DNA of 57,181 nucleotides from Tubiluchus corallicola. Its lineage: Eukaryota; Animalia; Priapulida. Every line of letters starts with the position of its first letter. Within the stretch, counting starts at the first letter, position 1. This document shows positions 26,819 through 39,837 of this stretch, in pieces. The stretch is taken from positions 19,947 through 77,127 of the forward strand of contig JAQGDQ010000951.1 of the NCBI GenBank assembly GCA_030141605.1, read 5' to 3'. Position numbers and translations under genes: made by a program. A model generated the notes under the pieces. It had not been told where the DNA came from. It searched no databases and saw only the letters and a list, made by a program, of their open reading frames with translations.

Positions 26819-27136
26819 ACCAAAAAAATAAATTATTATTTCGCCTACAACATTTTACATTTTACATGTGCCATAAATTATAACTTTATACGTAGATATG
26901 AAACAAATAAGGAAGATGCAAATCACGGTCTCAAGACTCTGAATGTAAACAAGATCATTCAATGGCCAGAAAAATATGAATCTGCTAGAAATCTTCATAG
27001 ACAAAAATACCACGAAATTTCAAAAAACTTTTCTGAAAACTTTCCATCTTATAGGCTTTTCTTTCGTGATATTTTAAAAAATGACGCCAGAAAAGTTTGT
27101 CAGCACTTTCGTCTGGATTTTGACATATTTGGCTGA
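26819..27136 (+). pseudogene. C-terminal segment of a CHST11/HNK-1-type sulfotransferase, probably degenerate
   Basis: CAINYNFIRRYETNKEDAN (compare PC.I.YDFIGKYETLEEDAN) and terminal FRLDFDIFG* (compare YKLDFELFGY); possible acceptor ttccag ending at 26818. Confidence 0.65.
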
Positions 27137-27169
27137 GTGTAAACTTTGAAACAACCAACTCAACTGCTT

Positions 27170-28290
27170 TACAAATGCGTGATCACGAGAAAAACACGCA
27201 GATCCTGATTGGAGGTTTCTACAAGCCACCTGAAAGCAACGAATTTCTAGGAAGATTGGATGAAAATATGTCTAAAATTGAAAGTGAAAATATAGAAATT
27301 GTCATACTATGTGATTTAAACATTGAAATTAGTAAAAATGATGGCAAAAAGCAAACTGATTTTTTGGGAGATGGATATCACTTAACACAGGTCAAAAATT
27401 CACCAACTAAAATTATCGAAACATCTAGTACGTTAATTGATCATATCTATGTTAGCGGCTCGGGAACAATTACAATGGCATCACGAAATGGTGTATTTTG
27501 TTCGCAAGCGTAATGCGGCTATGAACTAATGAAGAACAAAGCCGAATAATCACTAAACTATCCAGTATCAAAAAACGAAAAATGCTGACGGAGATGATTT
27601 TAAAACGGATAGACTGGACATGCACTGAAAAAATCATTGACATCAATAATGCGTGGAGGTTCATGCAAAACCATTAGTAACTGTGCTAAACAAGCATGCG
27701 CTTCTAAAACACAAAGAATAAAGCATGACGCTGCAAAGTGGATGAACAATGACATTTCTTCTAGATCAGAAAATTTTATTGGACAAGTTACAATGATACG
27801 GCATCAGAGGCACAGCATTAGAATGGTTTTTATCTTACGTAAATAAAAGACAGCATGTTGTTCAGTTTTATGGGGCTCAGTCAGATGTTGTCAGGCTTAA
27901 ACTTAGAGGTTTTGTAGCTCAAAAGGTTTGGATATTGAAAAAAGCGTGCTTTTACATCAATCCTACATTGGCAAAAATACTCTACACACCTCACATACTG
28001 TTCGACGGTCTAGGGAAATTACAGAAACAAAAATAATTTAAAAAAAACATAATTAGTTTACAAAAATGCGCAGCAAAAGTTATAACAGGATCCACTTCAG
28101 CAGAACTTATGAAAGATGCTAAAATCATTCCCGTAGATAAAGATGTTGACAACCATAAAATACTGCTAGTCCATCAAACAGATACTGATTGCAAAATGCC
28201 CGTGAAGCTGAAAGAAAAATTTAGAAAAATAAACATTCGTTGCAAAACAGAAGGCAAGCGACTGGAGGGCAATGTGTTTGACTAAACATA
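27170..28290 (+). mobile_element. Degenerate LINE ORF2 with APE endonuclease remnant
   Basis: ILIGGFYKPP...IVILCDLNI...LTQV.NSPT.I.ETSSTLIDHIYVS, followed by highly decayed downstream pieces. Confidence 0.75.
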
Positions 28291-29149
28291 TGGCAAAGCA
28301 ACATTGCTGAATAGTGGTTCATTACTGTATAATAATATAGATAGAGGTTTACATTTCAAAGGCCCTACTGAGAGAACTTTTGCCTTAATTTATTTTAATA
28401 AGCAGCTTATACTTTTTGTGCATTTGTGCCTTATTGTGTTTAGAATATATGAATAGTGTGTTTTAACGTAATATATAATACCTTATTACACATGTACTGC
28501 TAAATTTTAATGTATAATTTGTACTGTCATATTTATTTCAACAACTTTTAAAACTATGAAATTTGTGAAATTGCACATGATTTTAACTGTATCTTGTACT
28601 TACATTTTATTGCTGTGCATAATTTTACTATGGATGCATTGCCGTGTTTTGTTTGTTCTATAATTCTTAATTTCACATTTTAATAATAGCATTTTTTGTT
28701 TTTAAAATTTAATTTTCTTAATTTTAGCGTGTATGTATTATTTTTGTTTTATTCATTTTACAATACTTTTCCTTAATTTTCATTTTTAGTAATAGTATGT
28801 CTTGTTTTTTAGTATTTAATATGCTAATTTTACTGTGGATGTATTGCAATGTGTTGTGTTTATTTTATGATGCTTTCTTAATTTCTTGTTTTTTGCTTTA
28901 TAAGAGTATGTTTATTTTTACCAAATACCAACCACGCTTGAACTGTAATCTTTTCTGTTTACGTTAGATCTGGATATAGGCGCACTCAACATGTACTCAT
29001 CTTTATTACGCAGCGCTGTGAGACAGGTTAAATTAAAGAAACTTACAGATGTTTAGGAAATTGCTTACACGTGTATTACAAAGAAAAATTGAAGTTCTGG
29101 TTAAGCATTTGCACAAAAAAGTATTGTAAAGGAATCCAATTAATCACTT

Positions 29150-29800
29150 AGATTGGACTTGTTTTATCACAATTATCGTACAGTGTGTTACACGAATGCT
29201 TAATTTAATAAACGTACGCCTAAGTAAAATTAATTCAGTATTTTATTGTTGGAATAACACCCTTAAGTTGTTCCCGCTCACATATATGGGAACAAATACT
29301 TGTTATTGAGCGTGTTAGTGATTTCTCCAATTCTTTTATTAGTATTAACTGCACGGGCTCTGTTCGTATTTTTGTTTTTCATTTATCAAATTACATGACT
29401 GTGAAATTTCTATATACATTAGTAAAGAAGCTGTCGTCATAATAACACGAATCTACTAAAGGCGTACATAAAAACAAACAAACGTAGTTTGGATAACAGA
29501 AAAATTCTATGCAGATCGAATCATCCATTTCTAATGCTATAGATTTGTAGTTCTAGGCTAATGCGTTCTGAACATATACACAAATACCACTCCAATTTCT
29601 GTAATGTTTATGGCTTCTGAAGCACGTTGTTTCTTGGTAAAGAAGTTTAAGTCATCATCATCTTTAATTTCAGATAAAAATATCATCATGCCATGCTCGA
29701 GCAAACAATTATGATAGGATGTTTTGATGTTTCACAGAGTTTGTCCTTTCCAATATTCCAATAACAAATTGATAATATTTCAGTTTCCAATTCTCTGACT
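29150..29800 (-). mobile_element. Highly decayed LINE endonuclease N-terminus
   Basis: Minus-strand fragments LSICYWNIG and RSHKHYRNWSGICVYVQN resemble APE domain motifs. Confidence 0.4.
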
Positions 29801-30112
29801 CTGAAAAAGGCAGCAAAAGCTTACTAGACTGACACGCGTCCACCACGTTTTCTCCAGTCTACAACTTCCCCAATTTAATTTTCACCTTTACTCCAACGTT
29901 TTCGGACTTTTCCTGTTGCCGTTTCACCACTTTACGTAACCTCGTCCATTCATTCCAACCTTCGGGAGACTGTCACCATGATCTGCGGGAAAAACCCGTT
30001 TATTTGCAGCAAACAGATTAGATTAACTCTTTCAGTACCTCAATATTCAAAATAGGTGTTATAGACCTACGACTTCTGCTACTTTATCAGCACAGATATA
30101 ATTATATGTGAC

Positions 30113-30182
30113 ATCAAGAGAGAGTGGGGAAGAGAAAGAGAGAAAGAGAGAGAGAAAGTGAGAGTGTGAGAGAGAGAGAGAA

Positions 30183-30238
<56 letters not shown>
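30113..30238 (+). repeat. (GA)n microsatellite
   Basis: Seen directly. Confidence 0.95.
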
Positions 30239-30240
<2 letters not shown>

Positions 30241-30242
<2 letters not shown>

Positions 30243-30852
30243 CCAGTGTCTTGATAACAGGATGGGTTAATGACATTTAAGGATGAAGAGAGAGCGCTTG
30301 TTTTCGTTTTCTAGCCCAGCAAATATTTTGCAAAGGAAATTTTCAAAAGAACAGAAAGTTCCAGAGCACTCACCCCCTGGGAAGACCAATTAGATGATGC
30401 ACAGAGCGCTTATTTTTTTTCTAGCTGAGTAAATGTTTGGCAAAGTTAATTTTACAAATAACAAAAGCTTTGCGAGCCACTCACCCCCTGGGAAGAGCTT
30501 AGATCTGTTTACCTTTGGGATGACTGTCTTTTCTTTCGAAAATAAGCTCCAGACGCTATGATAGTAATCCTTCGTTTTTGTAACGCTTGGGAAGTGAATG
30601 GTATGCGACCCTGGGAACAGACAAAAACTGCTTTACGGGGACTCTTCCCGGGATTATTTGAACGTCAAGTTTACAAAGGCCATTCTTATTTTACCTGAAG
30701 ATTTTCTTTTCCGAATAAAAATTGCTGAAAATTTTGACAAACTTGTTCGTTTTGCGATTTTAAATTTTTTTAGCTTGGAGTATGCAATGTGCCAATTCCA
30801 TTTTAATGCGTCTTACCGCTATAATATATATAAATAAATATATAAATAAATA

Positions 30853-30894
<42 letters not shown>

Positions 30895-31560
30895 GTCTCT
30901 ATCACGAAGACGATATTATATTATTCTTGAAAAAAACACTAGCCTCCAAGCTATTAATGGCAGAGAGCCCTTTTTTCTTTTTCCATTCGAGCAAATATTT
31001 TGCAAAGCTAATTTCCGAAAGGAGATAAAGTTTAGGAGCACCACCCCCCCCCAGAGAAGAGCTAATACCTGCATAGCTTAGCGGTGGAGAGCACTTGTTT
31101 TTTCTACCTGGTTGAATATTCCGCATACCTAATTTTCTAAAGGACAAAAGATTTGCGAGCGCTCACAGCGTGGGAAAAGCTAATCCGTCCAAAGAACTGT
31201 TTACCTTTGTGATGAATGTCATTACTTTCGCAAATAAGGCTCAGCTGGGTGAGTGTTCCGCAAAGCTAATTTTTCTCAATAACAAAAAACTTCCTCGAAT
31301 TCACCTGTGGGAAAAGCTAACAAGAGTTTAAGATTATTTGCTTTTGTGATGACTGTCAAGACGTTATTACACTAATCTGTCATTACAATGCCATTTCTAA
31401 AGGTAAGCGAAATGTAAATTAACAGAAAGGTATATTACCTGGACTCTTCCGTTCTATGTAATTTGAAAATCGTACAGACGTACAAGGGTCGTTTTTGTTA
31501 ATTTTTAATTTTAAACGAAGATATCTTCCCTTTTCAGAATAAAAAGTGGTAAATCAGTTT
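30241..31560 (+). mobile_element. Two adjacent copies of a composite non-autonomous element with ~105-118-bp internal subrepeats
   Basis: Unit g(c/t)aaat(a/g)ttt(t/g)gcaaag...gagcactcaccccctgggaaga; shared tail ctgtttacctttg...aaataag..c...ggactcttcc; homologous to 41159-41990 and 55200-55965. Confidence 0.8.
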
Positions 31561-31632
31561 GACAGACATGTAATTATTATTATTGGTGTTGTTGTTATCG
31601 TTATTATTTTTATTGTTATTGTTGTTGTTATC

Positions 31633-32571
31633 GCATATATTAATTCTCTTGGCATATATAATTTAACTTTAATTCAGTAAAAGCTGCTACTGCTGCTTTG
31701 CGTTATAAATGAGGACTACGTAGGATGTTCACGTATTATTGATTATGAGTGTATTTATACGCAAAGTTTTTTGCAGGGCCTTTGCTAGTCTATATATTAA
31801 TTCTCTTGGTATGGGCTTTATATATAAGATTCGAGGCTACAGCTCGGACGACGGTACCATTTGCGGCGATCTATACATCAAACGAAAGGTCTCGATCTAG
31901 GGTCGTGCCATTGGGTGTTCATTTTTCGAATTGGGCTCACCGGGACGAACGGGGGGGGAGGCGAAAAACCTCCATATATGGCCATTATTCGGCCCTTTTT
32001 TGCAAAACTTATACTTATTATTTCAGAGAACGGGAGTGAGCCATGGGTGGTGCTGGCCATTGATAGATAGCCCGTTCAGCGTGTGTGTCATAGGTGTATT
32101 TAGAATTCACGAGAGGGCCACGGGGTCCCGTAACGGGCGTTTTCCCGGACAAAACTCGCGATTTTTTCGAAATTTTTACCAAACAGCATGCAGAAAACAC
32201 GTTCTAGGTCCACCTGGTGGGACTCTCGGAAGGAGATATATGTCTCTTTAGAAAGACGAAGAGCAGAGCTACTCGATGATGTGGGCTGTATTTTAGTACT
32301 CGTCCACCAAGACGAGTAGCAACGAGTTAATTAAATGTTCTATTTTTGGCAATTTTCGCTTGGAAAACTGCTGACGCAAAGCCATTGTTGTGACGTCATC
32401 CATTGTACTCTGTCTATAATCTTATAGCTTTAATTCAGCAAAAAGCTGCTACGCTGCTGTAATTCAGTAAAAGCTGCTACAAGCTTTGCGTTATACATGA
32501 GGACTGTGTAGGATGTTCGCGTGTTATTGATTATGGTTTTTTAGCAAAATCTTTTGCTGGGCCTTTGCTAG
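31633..32571 (+). mobile_element. Head-to-tail pair of non-autonomous Helitrons: internally deleted copy about 31633-31788 plus a longer copy 31789-32571
   Basis: 5' TCTATATATTAATTCTCTTGG at 31789; 3' hairpin agcaaaa-tc-ttttgct about 10 nt before CTAG|T at 32568-32572; the same 3' end occurs at 31760-31788. Confidence 0.75.
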
Positions 32572-32690
32572 TTATTATTATTATTATAATAATAAAAATT
32601 ACTATTATTATCCCACGGAAGCCAAAAATGCAAAAATAAAGCATTTAAATTTGCCAAAATTTAATTTGGAATCTACTAAAATACATCATA

Positions 32691-32810
32691 CCGGGTGGCG
32701 TAGCTCAATGGTAGCATGCTCGCTTATCGCCTGGAAGGTTGCAGGTTCAACTCTCGACCGAGTCATACATAAGAGTTGAAAACGGTACGGCTGGCTCTTC
32801 GAGCAAGCAC
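32691..32810 (+). mobile_element. tRNA-derived SINE
   Basis: A box (gtagctcaatgg) and B box (ggttcaactc), then a non-tRNA tail; second copy at 43745-43864 on the minus strand. Confidence 0.75.
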
Positions 32811-33459
32811 TTCGAAGTAACATGCGGGTAATAATACCTTTGACTATCTTGGAAAACAGTACTGAGTTGCAGAGGGTGTTATTCCTGGACGTATAAAATA
32901 ATAATTATTATATCTGAAACAAAATTTCAATCATATTTGAATATTTGAGCTTGCATTTAATATAAACCCCTGATGGCGTCTATGTGTCCGATCCTCAAGT
33001 AACAAGTTTTGGAAGCGAATCATTTTGTCAAATACATGACAACATTTTCAACTAAAGTACGATTTCCTTCCATTACGTTGGCTTTTGACCCATTGATACC
33101 GCGCATTCTTTGGCGCACACTGAACTAGGCGCGACTCTTCGGAAATTATCGCTTTGCGTCCTTAGTAACCGAAAAAATACTTCTTTTCCACATCAGCGCG
33201 ATAGTGTTTTGTGTGAAGTGAATGGTTGAGTAGTTATTTAAACATGAAAATAAAGGCCGGCTCATTTTTTGTAATTATGAAAACCAACAAACATAGGCAG
33301 AAGAGAAACAATTAAATCACATACCCAGTTTTTATGCGCGGATTCAGTAATTATTATTAATGAGGCCTTAAATCTCATCAATTTGAACATTTGCAGTACT
33401 GTATCTGCACTCGCCGAACTTCGGCTGCGTCTTGCGAATGACGTCATGCAGGATTGTCC

Positions 33460-35380
33460 GAAAAGCATTATGGGTTGAATGTGCCTGTTTTGACTATGTA
33501 AATGATACAGTAGCTGCTGTGCTGACTTGTCTGGCGAGTTGTCGCGTTCTGTCTGTTGAACTGTTGTTAATACAGAAGTTGTTCTTGAGTTGTACTTTTC
33601 TGTGGACATTGATGATTAAGTACGTTTACACAGTCTTTAGGCCTATAATTACTAGGTCTGAGGGTGGACTTTATTTGCGGTCTTCGCGTGCAGCGCACAG
33701 GATCATGGATAATGGTGTAGAGTCTGTAGCGGATAGCCCTATAGGCTGAATAGGCTGAAGCCTAAGGCCCGGGATCAAAAGGGGCCCGGCAAAATAAAAC
33801 GAAAAATTTTTTTTTGTAAAAAAAAATAAATTGACAAAAGAGCAAGGGGCCCGCCAAAATAAAATATAGAAAAAAGTTTTTTTTGAAAAGTCACTCACTA
33901 TATTTCAAATCGGGTTTACACAATTCAAGTTTACACAAATCAAGTTTACACAATTCACGTTCACACAGTTTAAGTTTAAGTTCAAAATTTCAGTTTCCGA
34001 ATTTCTCAGTTTTCCGAAAGTCAGTTATAATTTCTGAATCAGTGATAAATTGTTTAATTTGTCATCCTTTAGAGAACAAAAACACGTCAGCTCAGCAGTG
34101 TAGCAACATTTAAAAGGCGCGTTCCAAGCTCAAGCCTAAGGCCCATAAAATCATAATCTAATCTACAGTAGAGTGCTGCAAAGGTGAGTTGACTAACAAA
34201 ATAAAATTAATTTTTAGAAATCAGCATGGTGGCTACAACAATGACTGCAAATCTAGTCTGTTATCATAGTATCCAAAGGGTCCAAAGTATATAGAGCGAT
34301 AATGTTTATGTTTTTTCTAATTTTGAATGCTTAATTATGTACTAATGGTAGATTTTACAACCTTAAAATGCTAATGTTTCGTAAATTAAATTATCATTAG
34401 TAACTTTGCAAGCTCACCGGTGTCTAATAATCATATTTATGCCCACTAAAGGAGAGCTAGCTAGGTAACTTAAAGACAAAAACAACAAACTGGATTAAAA
34501 AATTAAACAAAAATTAATTATTATAAAGTTATTAATGATTTACAGGTTTTCTGCAGTGGAAGCATGCTGAAAATGAAAACAGATGTCGATACGTGAATGA
34601 TTCTGGCTATTGTCAAACCAAAATACGAAAGAGGACTATTGTCGGTGCCACAGGAGTGGTGTATATAAAGGAGTTGGATAAAACAAGCAGCGGATGAAAG
34701 TACAAGGATCAATGAGGCTAAGATTTAAATGCTCTGCAAGACTAACAGTCTGGACTAATAAAAATGGTAAGAAATTGTTGCTGTAAACTAGTTGACAATT
34801 TTTCTGACAAGTAGAAACTGAGTTTTGCAAATCTCAGTTGGGAATGCTGTTCCGTAAATTGTGAATTAGTGATTCATTACTGACTTTCGATTATGGATGC
34901 ATTCGTTAATTTTGTTTTAATAAATTTTGCATAGCTAAAACTATAGATGCCTTCAAGTTATCAGCAGTTTCTAGTGTCTATGAGCTAAGTACGGTACTGT
35001 CCACCTTTCTGTTGACAGTGCAAAGTATTTTTTATATATGAAAGCTGAATAAGGAAACTTGTAAAAGACTCATATTATTTATTTAATTTGCTATATAGGA
35101 TTCATTTTTATTAGCTTTGTTTATTATATATATATATACACATTAGTAGTTACATTTTTTCAGGAATAAAAGTAATATACAAGTGGTCCACTCACATAGC
35201 TTGGTTGGTATCGGTCAATTAACTCTACGGAAGGAAGAGCAGCATGAAATAGTGGACATGTTGCCAACAAGAACATCCATTGACAAAATTGGACAACCTT
35301 GAAGCTAAAGTGTGTTGAGAGAGGAAATTTATTTTTACTGTACGTAAAACATAAGTAGACATTGACAAGCTGCAAGCATG
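33460..35380 (+). pseudogene. Spliced Mutator-like (MULE) transposase N-terminal remnant
   Basis: Exon 34546-34766 (AG/GT bounded) reads FLQWKHAENENRCRYV.../YCRCHRSGVYKGVG*NKQRMKVQGSMRLRFKCSARLTVW; exon from 35164 reads GIKVIYK.../HSLVGIGQLTLRKEEQHEIVDML. These match the invertebrate MULE pattern WK..E..CHRSG..K.QGS.K..C.A...H. Confidence 0.65.
33725..34167. mobile_element. hAT-type MITE inserted into the MULE exon
   Basis: Ends TGTAG...CTACA; flanks gtagagtc (33717-33724) and gtagagtg (34168-34175) match at 7 of 8 bases; aagcctaaggccc near both ends; internal 15-bp gtttacacaattcaa repeats. Confidence 0.65.
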
Positions 35381-35779
35381 GACTTAGCATTATTGTAATT
35401 CCAGAGCTGTGTTACTGTTGTAGCAAACTGATATGGTTGCAATTTTCACTATAACAAAGAACATTGTTAAACATCCATTTTATATGCTATATATTGATTT
35501 TAAAAGCTGTCGAGTGTTAATTAATTAATGTAATTGGTTTAAAATTCTATGTCAAATGTACTCGTTGTAAAGATAAGTGGAAATTGTAGTCCTTGAGACA
35601 GTATTTTCAAACTTTGTGCAGATGCAATTTGTGCGGTTTTGCTGGTTTTTATAAAATTCTGACTGAGATAGCACATTTATTAATTGCTGGTTAAGATAAC
35701 TCTATCATCTACAATATTAGTAAACAGTGAAAAGCAATAATAAATAAACCAAAAAACTTTTTAAAAATGTGAGTTACAT

Positions 35780-37285
35780 TCTTCAGGAGCTACTAGTTTT
35801 TGTAATGAGGCCTTCTCGGTTTTGGCATCTGAGCCTGGGAATGGCACCTGAACATCTGTAGTTTTCCTGTACATTGAGAGTGTGGGCTTGTCGAATTTTT
35901 TTAGGGAGTCCGCTCTCTCTCCAACTCGTCCCGAAGCTGGATGCTTGGACTTGTGCATTGGCAGTGGAACAGGTAAGCTCTGGTCAGGCCCAGACTCTAA
36001 CTTCAAACCATCATCTTTCTTCACCAGTTCTGTTGATGTTGGCTCAGTCTCATCTTTACAGCCCTCGGTAGCCTCTACACCCTCTACAGTTGAGGAGCAA
36101 GGCTATTGTTAAAGAATTTTATTAAATACATATAGTGCCTTGACGTACCGTGGTATTTTATCCAAACAGGCTGTGTTAGGGTTTGTATCAAGATGTACAA
36201 ATTTTACAGATAAGCTTCTCATATAAAAGACGTATCATGCAGTAAATATAAAATCTTAATATTTTATCTATTTTTCAATATCATTGGTGATTTTCAAAAT
36301 TTTCAGTTTAATGACTGAATGCTGAGTGGGTGCATTATTTACCTGCTTTGTTCAAGGTGGGTCTTGCCCATACAATAAAGTGTTAGCCACATATTCTTTA
36401 AGACATGACTCTAGATTCCTTCTGTTTGTTACACCACTAGCTAGCAGTTCTAGTAGCTTTACCTTAATCTGCTTATCGACAGGCTCAATGTAGCCACCCA
36501 TCTGGTAACAAGTTTAAAATGAAGATGATTAAACACAACACACAGTAGAAAATTAAAATTTGCTTATAAACAATTTTACTACTTGGACCAGCACTATAAC
36601 GTGGTTGATTTATAATGAAAAGGAATTTCAGCACAGCAGGTACATTTGTGGAAGGTATACTTGTGATATTTAGCAAGGTTTGTCTGTAAAATGGAGAATA
36701 CTCGAACGCGCTTCTTGTCAATGTCAATTCCGCCAAAGTTATGACTATCTTTCTCTGTGATAATTTTACCTTCCCACTAAGATGATACTTGTGCTCATCT
36801 TTGTCTGGAATAGACATGATATATTTAACATCCATCTGGGGCTGAGGATCTCTTTCCAAGGCTTTCTTCAGTTTTCTAAGCATTCGCCCTTTAGCGGCCC
36901 TTGTTGTATCAGAAATCTGCAACAGAAATAATACTTAAAAAGAACTGTTGTAGGAAAAGGTATTATAATATACCCAGCCACATATGCTACACATCGCTTG
37001 CTGCCTTATGTGGTTTCATTAAACAAATTTTACACACCAATGTATAAAGCAAGTTAAATTTGACCCTTTTCTGGCTAATGCAAAAAAGAAAGATAATATT
37101 CATAACTGTTCTGACCAATATGCAAATTATTTAGCTTAGGCAAAATAAAACATTACTGCAACACATTTCATTCACCTTAAACTCTGGAATCTTCACAATT
37201 TTTTTTATCTGGATTGTTGCAGTACAACCCATCTTTTTTGTAGGCTGCTGCAGAGGTCTGCTTTTTACAAACGCATGAAAATTCC
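35780..37285 (-). pseudogene. Multi-exon CaRF-like (ALS2CR8 domain) gene or transposon remnant
   Basis: Phase-0 joined exons about 37285-37176 (TKKMGCTATIQIKKIVKIPEFK), 36916-36770 (..KYIMSIPDKDEHKYH) and 36501-36343 (EPVDKQIKVKLLELLASGVTNRRNLESCLKEYVANTL..DPP*) parallel the CaRF motifs CPARIYIKKVQKFPEY, LP..AH.YH and KIQELVSQGI..LRKFV. There is an in-frame TGA in the third exon and a possible further exon at about 36102-35780. Confidence 0.7.
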
Positions 37286-37658
37286 CTAAAGAGAAATGTG
37301 ATTTAATACGTGCATATTGCGTGTATGTGTATTCTAAGCTAGCATATATCACAGCAATGCTAACAGGCTCTTGCTCGCCAATGTTTGATTCTGTTTGTAT
37401 TATTAGTTTTTGCAGTATCTTCATGTTTGAACCAGATACATCAAATATCAACTACTTGACATAAGTACTTATTATACAACTTTTTATACTAAGAAGCTAC
37501 TTTAGTGATGCAAAGACGAACATATATATATAAATGAGTACACTAAAAATACATTGTGAGTACTTTATTAATCACAAGAAACTATTCTTGGGTTGCCAAC
37601 TATCTCACACACAAGTGTTGTGGAGATCGCTGGCATCTACTAGAATTAAACAGAATAT

Positions 37659-39360
37659 TGTAGAATGTTCATGTTCCATTATATAATAGAACAATCGTCT
37701 TACCTTGTAGAATATTCTAGAAAGGAACTTCCAGAATATTCCCTGGCACTGATATGTAAGGCGAAGCTGGCCACTGATTCTCTCACATTCTCTTGTATAC
37801 TCGTATTCTCAGATACGCTAACACGTTTTCCAGATTTTCACGTTTACTGTGTACATTTCGCGTTCCTTCATACTTTTGTGTTGTAGAAGTGTTTTCTGGT
37901 TTTCTCTACGAGCCTTGCAAGAGAAACTAAGAGCAACAAATATTGGCGCAGTCGACAGGATCATTGGTAACTCAGTGGGCAGTTGCTTATTCAAGCAATG
38001 GGCGAACTTATCAAGTCCCTCACGCAGCAGCATAAGGAACAAATGGATCTCAAGAGGGAACAAATGGATCGGCAGGCGCAGCAACACAAAGAAGATATGG
38101 GTGGTATGAGGAGGCTGCTTCAGGCTCGCACTCCTGAAGAGAATTCCAGCTCAAGGACCACCTTCCACCTGCATCAGCGCTTACAGCTGCCATTCCACCA
38201 TTTGCTGCTTTCGGTCTAACTTCCGAATTATGGCCTGACTACTGGCCAAGATTTTGTACCTTCATGGCAGCCATCGCAGTGCCTGACCAACGCAAGGCTC
38301 AAGTTTTCCTAAAAAATCAGACTGCTGCCATCTACAAACAACTGGCGAATCTAGCGACTTAACAGTCTCCATCCTAGGATATCAACGAACTGAAAATTGA
38401 CGAAATTGTCGATTTTATGAAGGAACAGTTTGACCAGAAGCTCTTCATTGTGCGAGAATGTTTCAAGTTCTGGAGTGACATGCAACGGAAGCCAGGCAAA
38501 ACTTTCCAGGAGTTAGCAGCCCGCATACGCCAAGACGCTGCTACGTGTCACTTTTCTTCAATCAAAGACCCACAAGATGAAGCTGTGAGGCAGAGATTTA
38601 TAAGCTCTGTCAACAACGAAGCTGTCTTGAAGGCTATTTTCAAGATTAAAGACGAAGATCTGACTTTCGGCCGTGCTGTCCAAGTCGCTATCGAGACTGA
38701 AGACGCAGCAAAAGTTGCCAAGGAAACAGCCTGTGGTTTCAAGACCAGACATATCAACAATGTCAAGCTGAACCAGAACAAGGGTTAATGAAAGAACCAT
38801 CAGCAGTCAAATTCCGAAGACACGGATACAAAGTGCATTGTGGAAAGGCCTACAAAGTGACTGACTGTCCACACAAAGATGCCAAGCGCCATTTCTGTGA
38901 CAAGAAGGACATTTGGAGGCTGTTTGCATGAAGATGCAACGACAGCAATGGGACCAGAAATCTGGGAAGTCCATGAGGAGAATCACGAAAGATGAGCTTG
39001 TCAAGGCGATCCTCGATGAAGTTCCTGAAAACTCTCATAGTGTGGATGTCGAAGTCCACATCCAAAACCAACAGTTCATGATGGAGCTTGATACTGCAGC
39101 CACGGGAAATTTCGTTTCAGTGCCGGTCTGGAAACAACTAGGAAAGCCAAAGCTCGATGACGTCAGACATCGCTACGAGTCTGCCAGCAAGCACAACCTA
39201 CCAGTGCTGGAAACTTTCATGGGCTAGACCAAGGATCCAAAGACGGGTAACAAAGTTCAATTCCCTACATCGTCACCAGGATCCCTAACCTGAACCTGCT
39301 GGCAAGAAGCGCTATGCAGAAGCTTTGAATTTCTGTGGAAAATGCTCTAGGACTGAGAAA
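37659..39360 (+). mobile_element. Ty3/Gypsy (Mag-like) LTR retrotransposon: 5' LTR, PBS, gag and protease, 3'-truncated
   Basis: LTR about TG(37659)...CA(37938); PBS tggcgcagtcgacagga at 37944 (tRNA-Ser-like); gag ELWPDYW.RF.TF and FKFWSDMQRKPG...ELAARIRQDAATC; decayed Zn knuckles; protease MELDTAATGNF; several stops. Confidence 0.88.
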
Positions 39361-39686
39361 CTTCTGTAAACGACCATCCAAATCAGCGAATTGTCTTGTT
39401 GTGCAACTTTAATTCCCAGTTATTAAGCAACGTACAGGACTCAGTTACGAGCATCAGTCCACAACCATAAACTCATCAGACATTGAGCGTTTCCTATCAA
39501 TGTGAGGTACTGAAGGCGTGATTTTCTCTATCTGAGCCTCTTAAACCCATCAACCTGCAAGTTCAATAAAAGAAAAAAGTAAAACATGAAAAAAATCTGT
39601 TGCACAATTAACTGTAATTACAAGTAATCAATTAATAAAATTATTGACAATAGAGAGAGGACACAAGAAGTAGTGAGTGAGAGAGC

Positions 39687-39687
<1 letters not shown>

Positions 39688-39772
<85 letters not shown>

Positions 39773-39782
39773 ATTATTATTA

Positions 39783-39836
<54 letters not shown>
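39688..39836 (+). repeat. (ATT)n microsatellite
   Basis: Seen directly. Confidence 0.97.

Positions 39837-39837
<1 letters not shown>

Noticed and set aside
32691-32765. Functional tRNA gene
   Set aside because: It has A and B boxes, but the acceptor stem does not close well, and a diverged second copy shares the non-tRNA tail, so it is a SINE.
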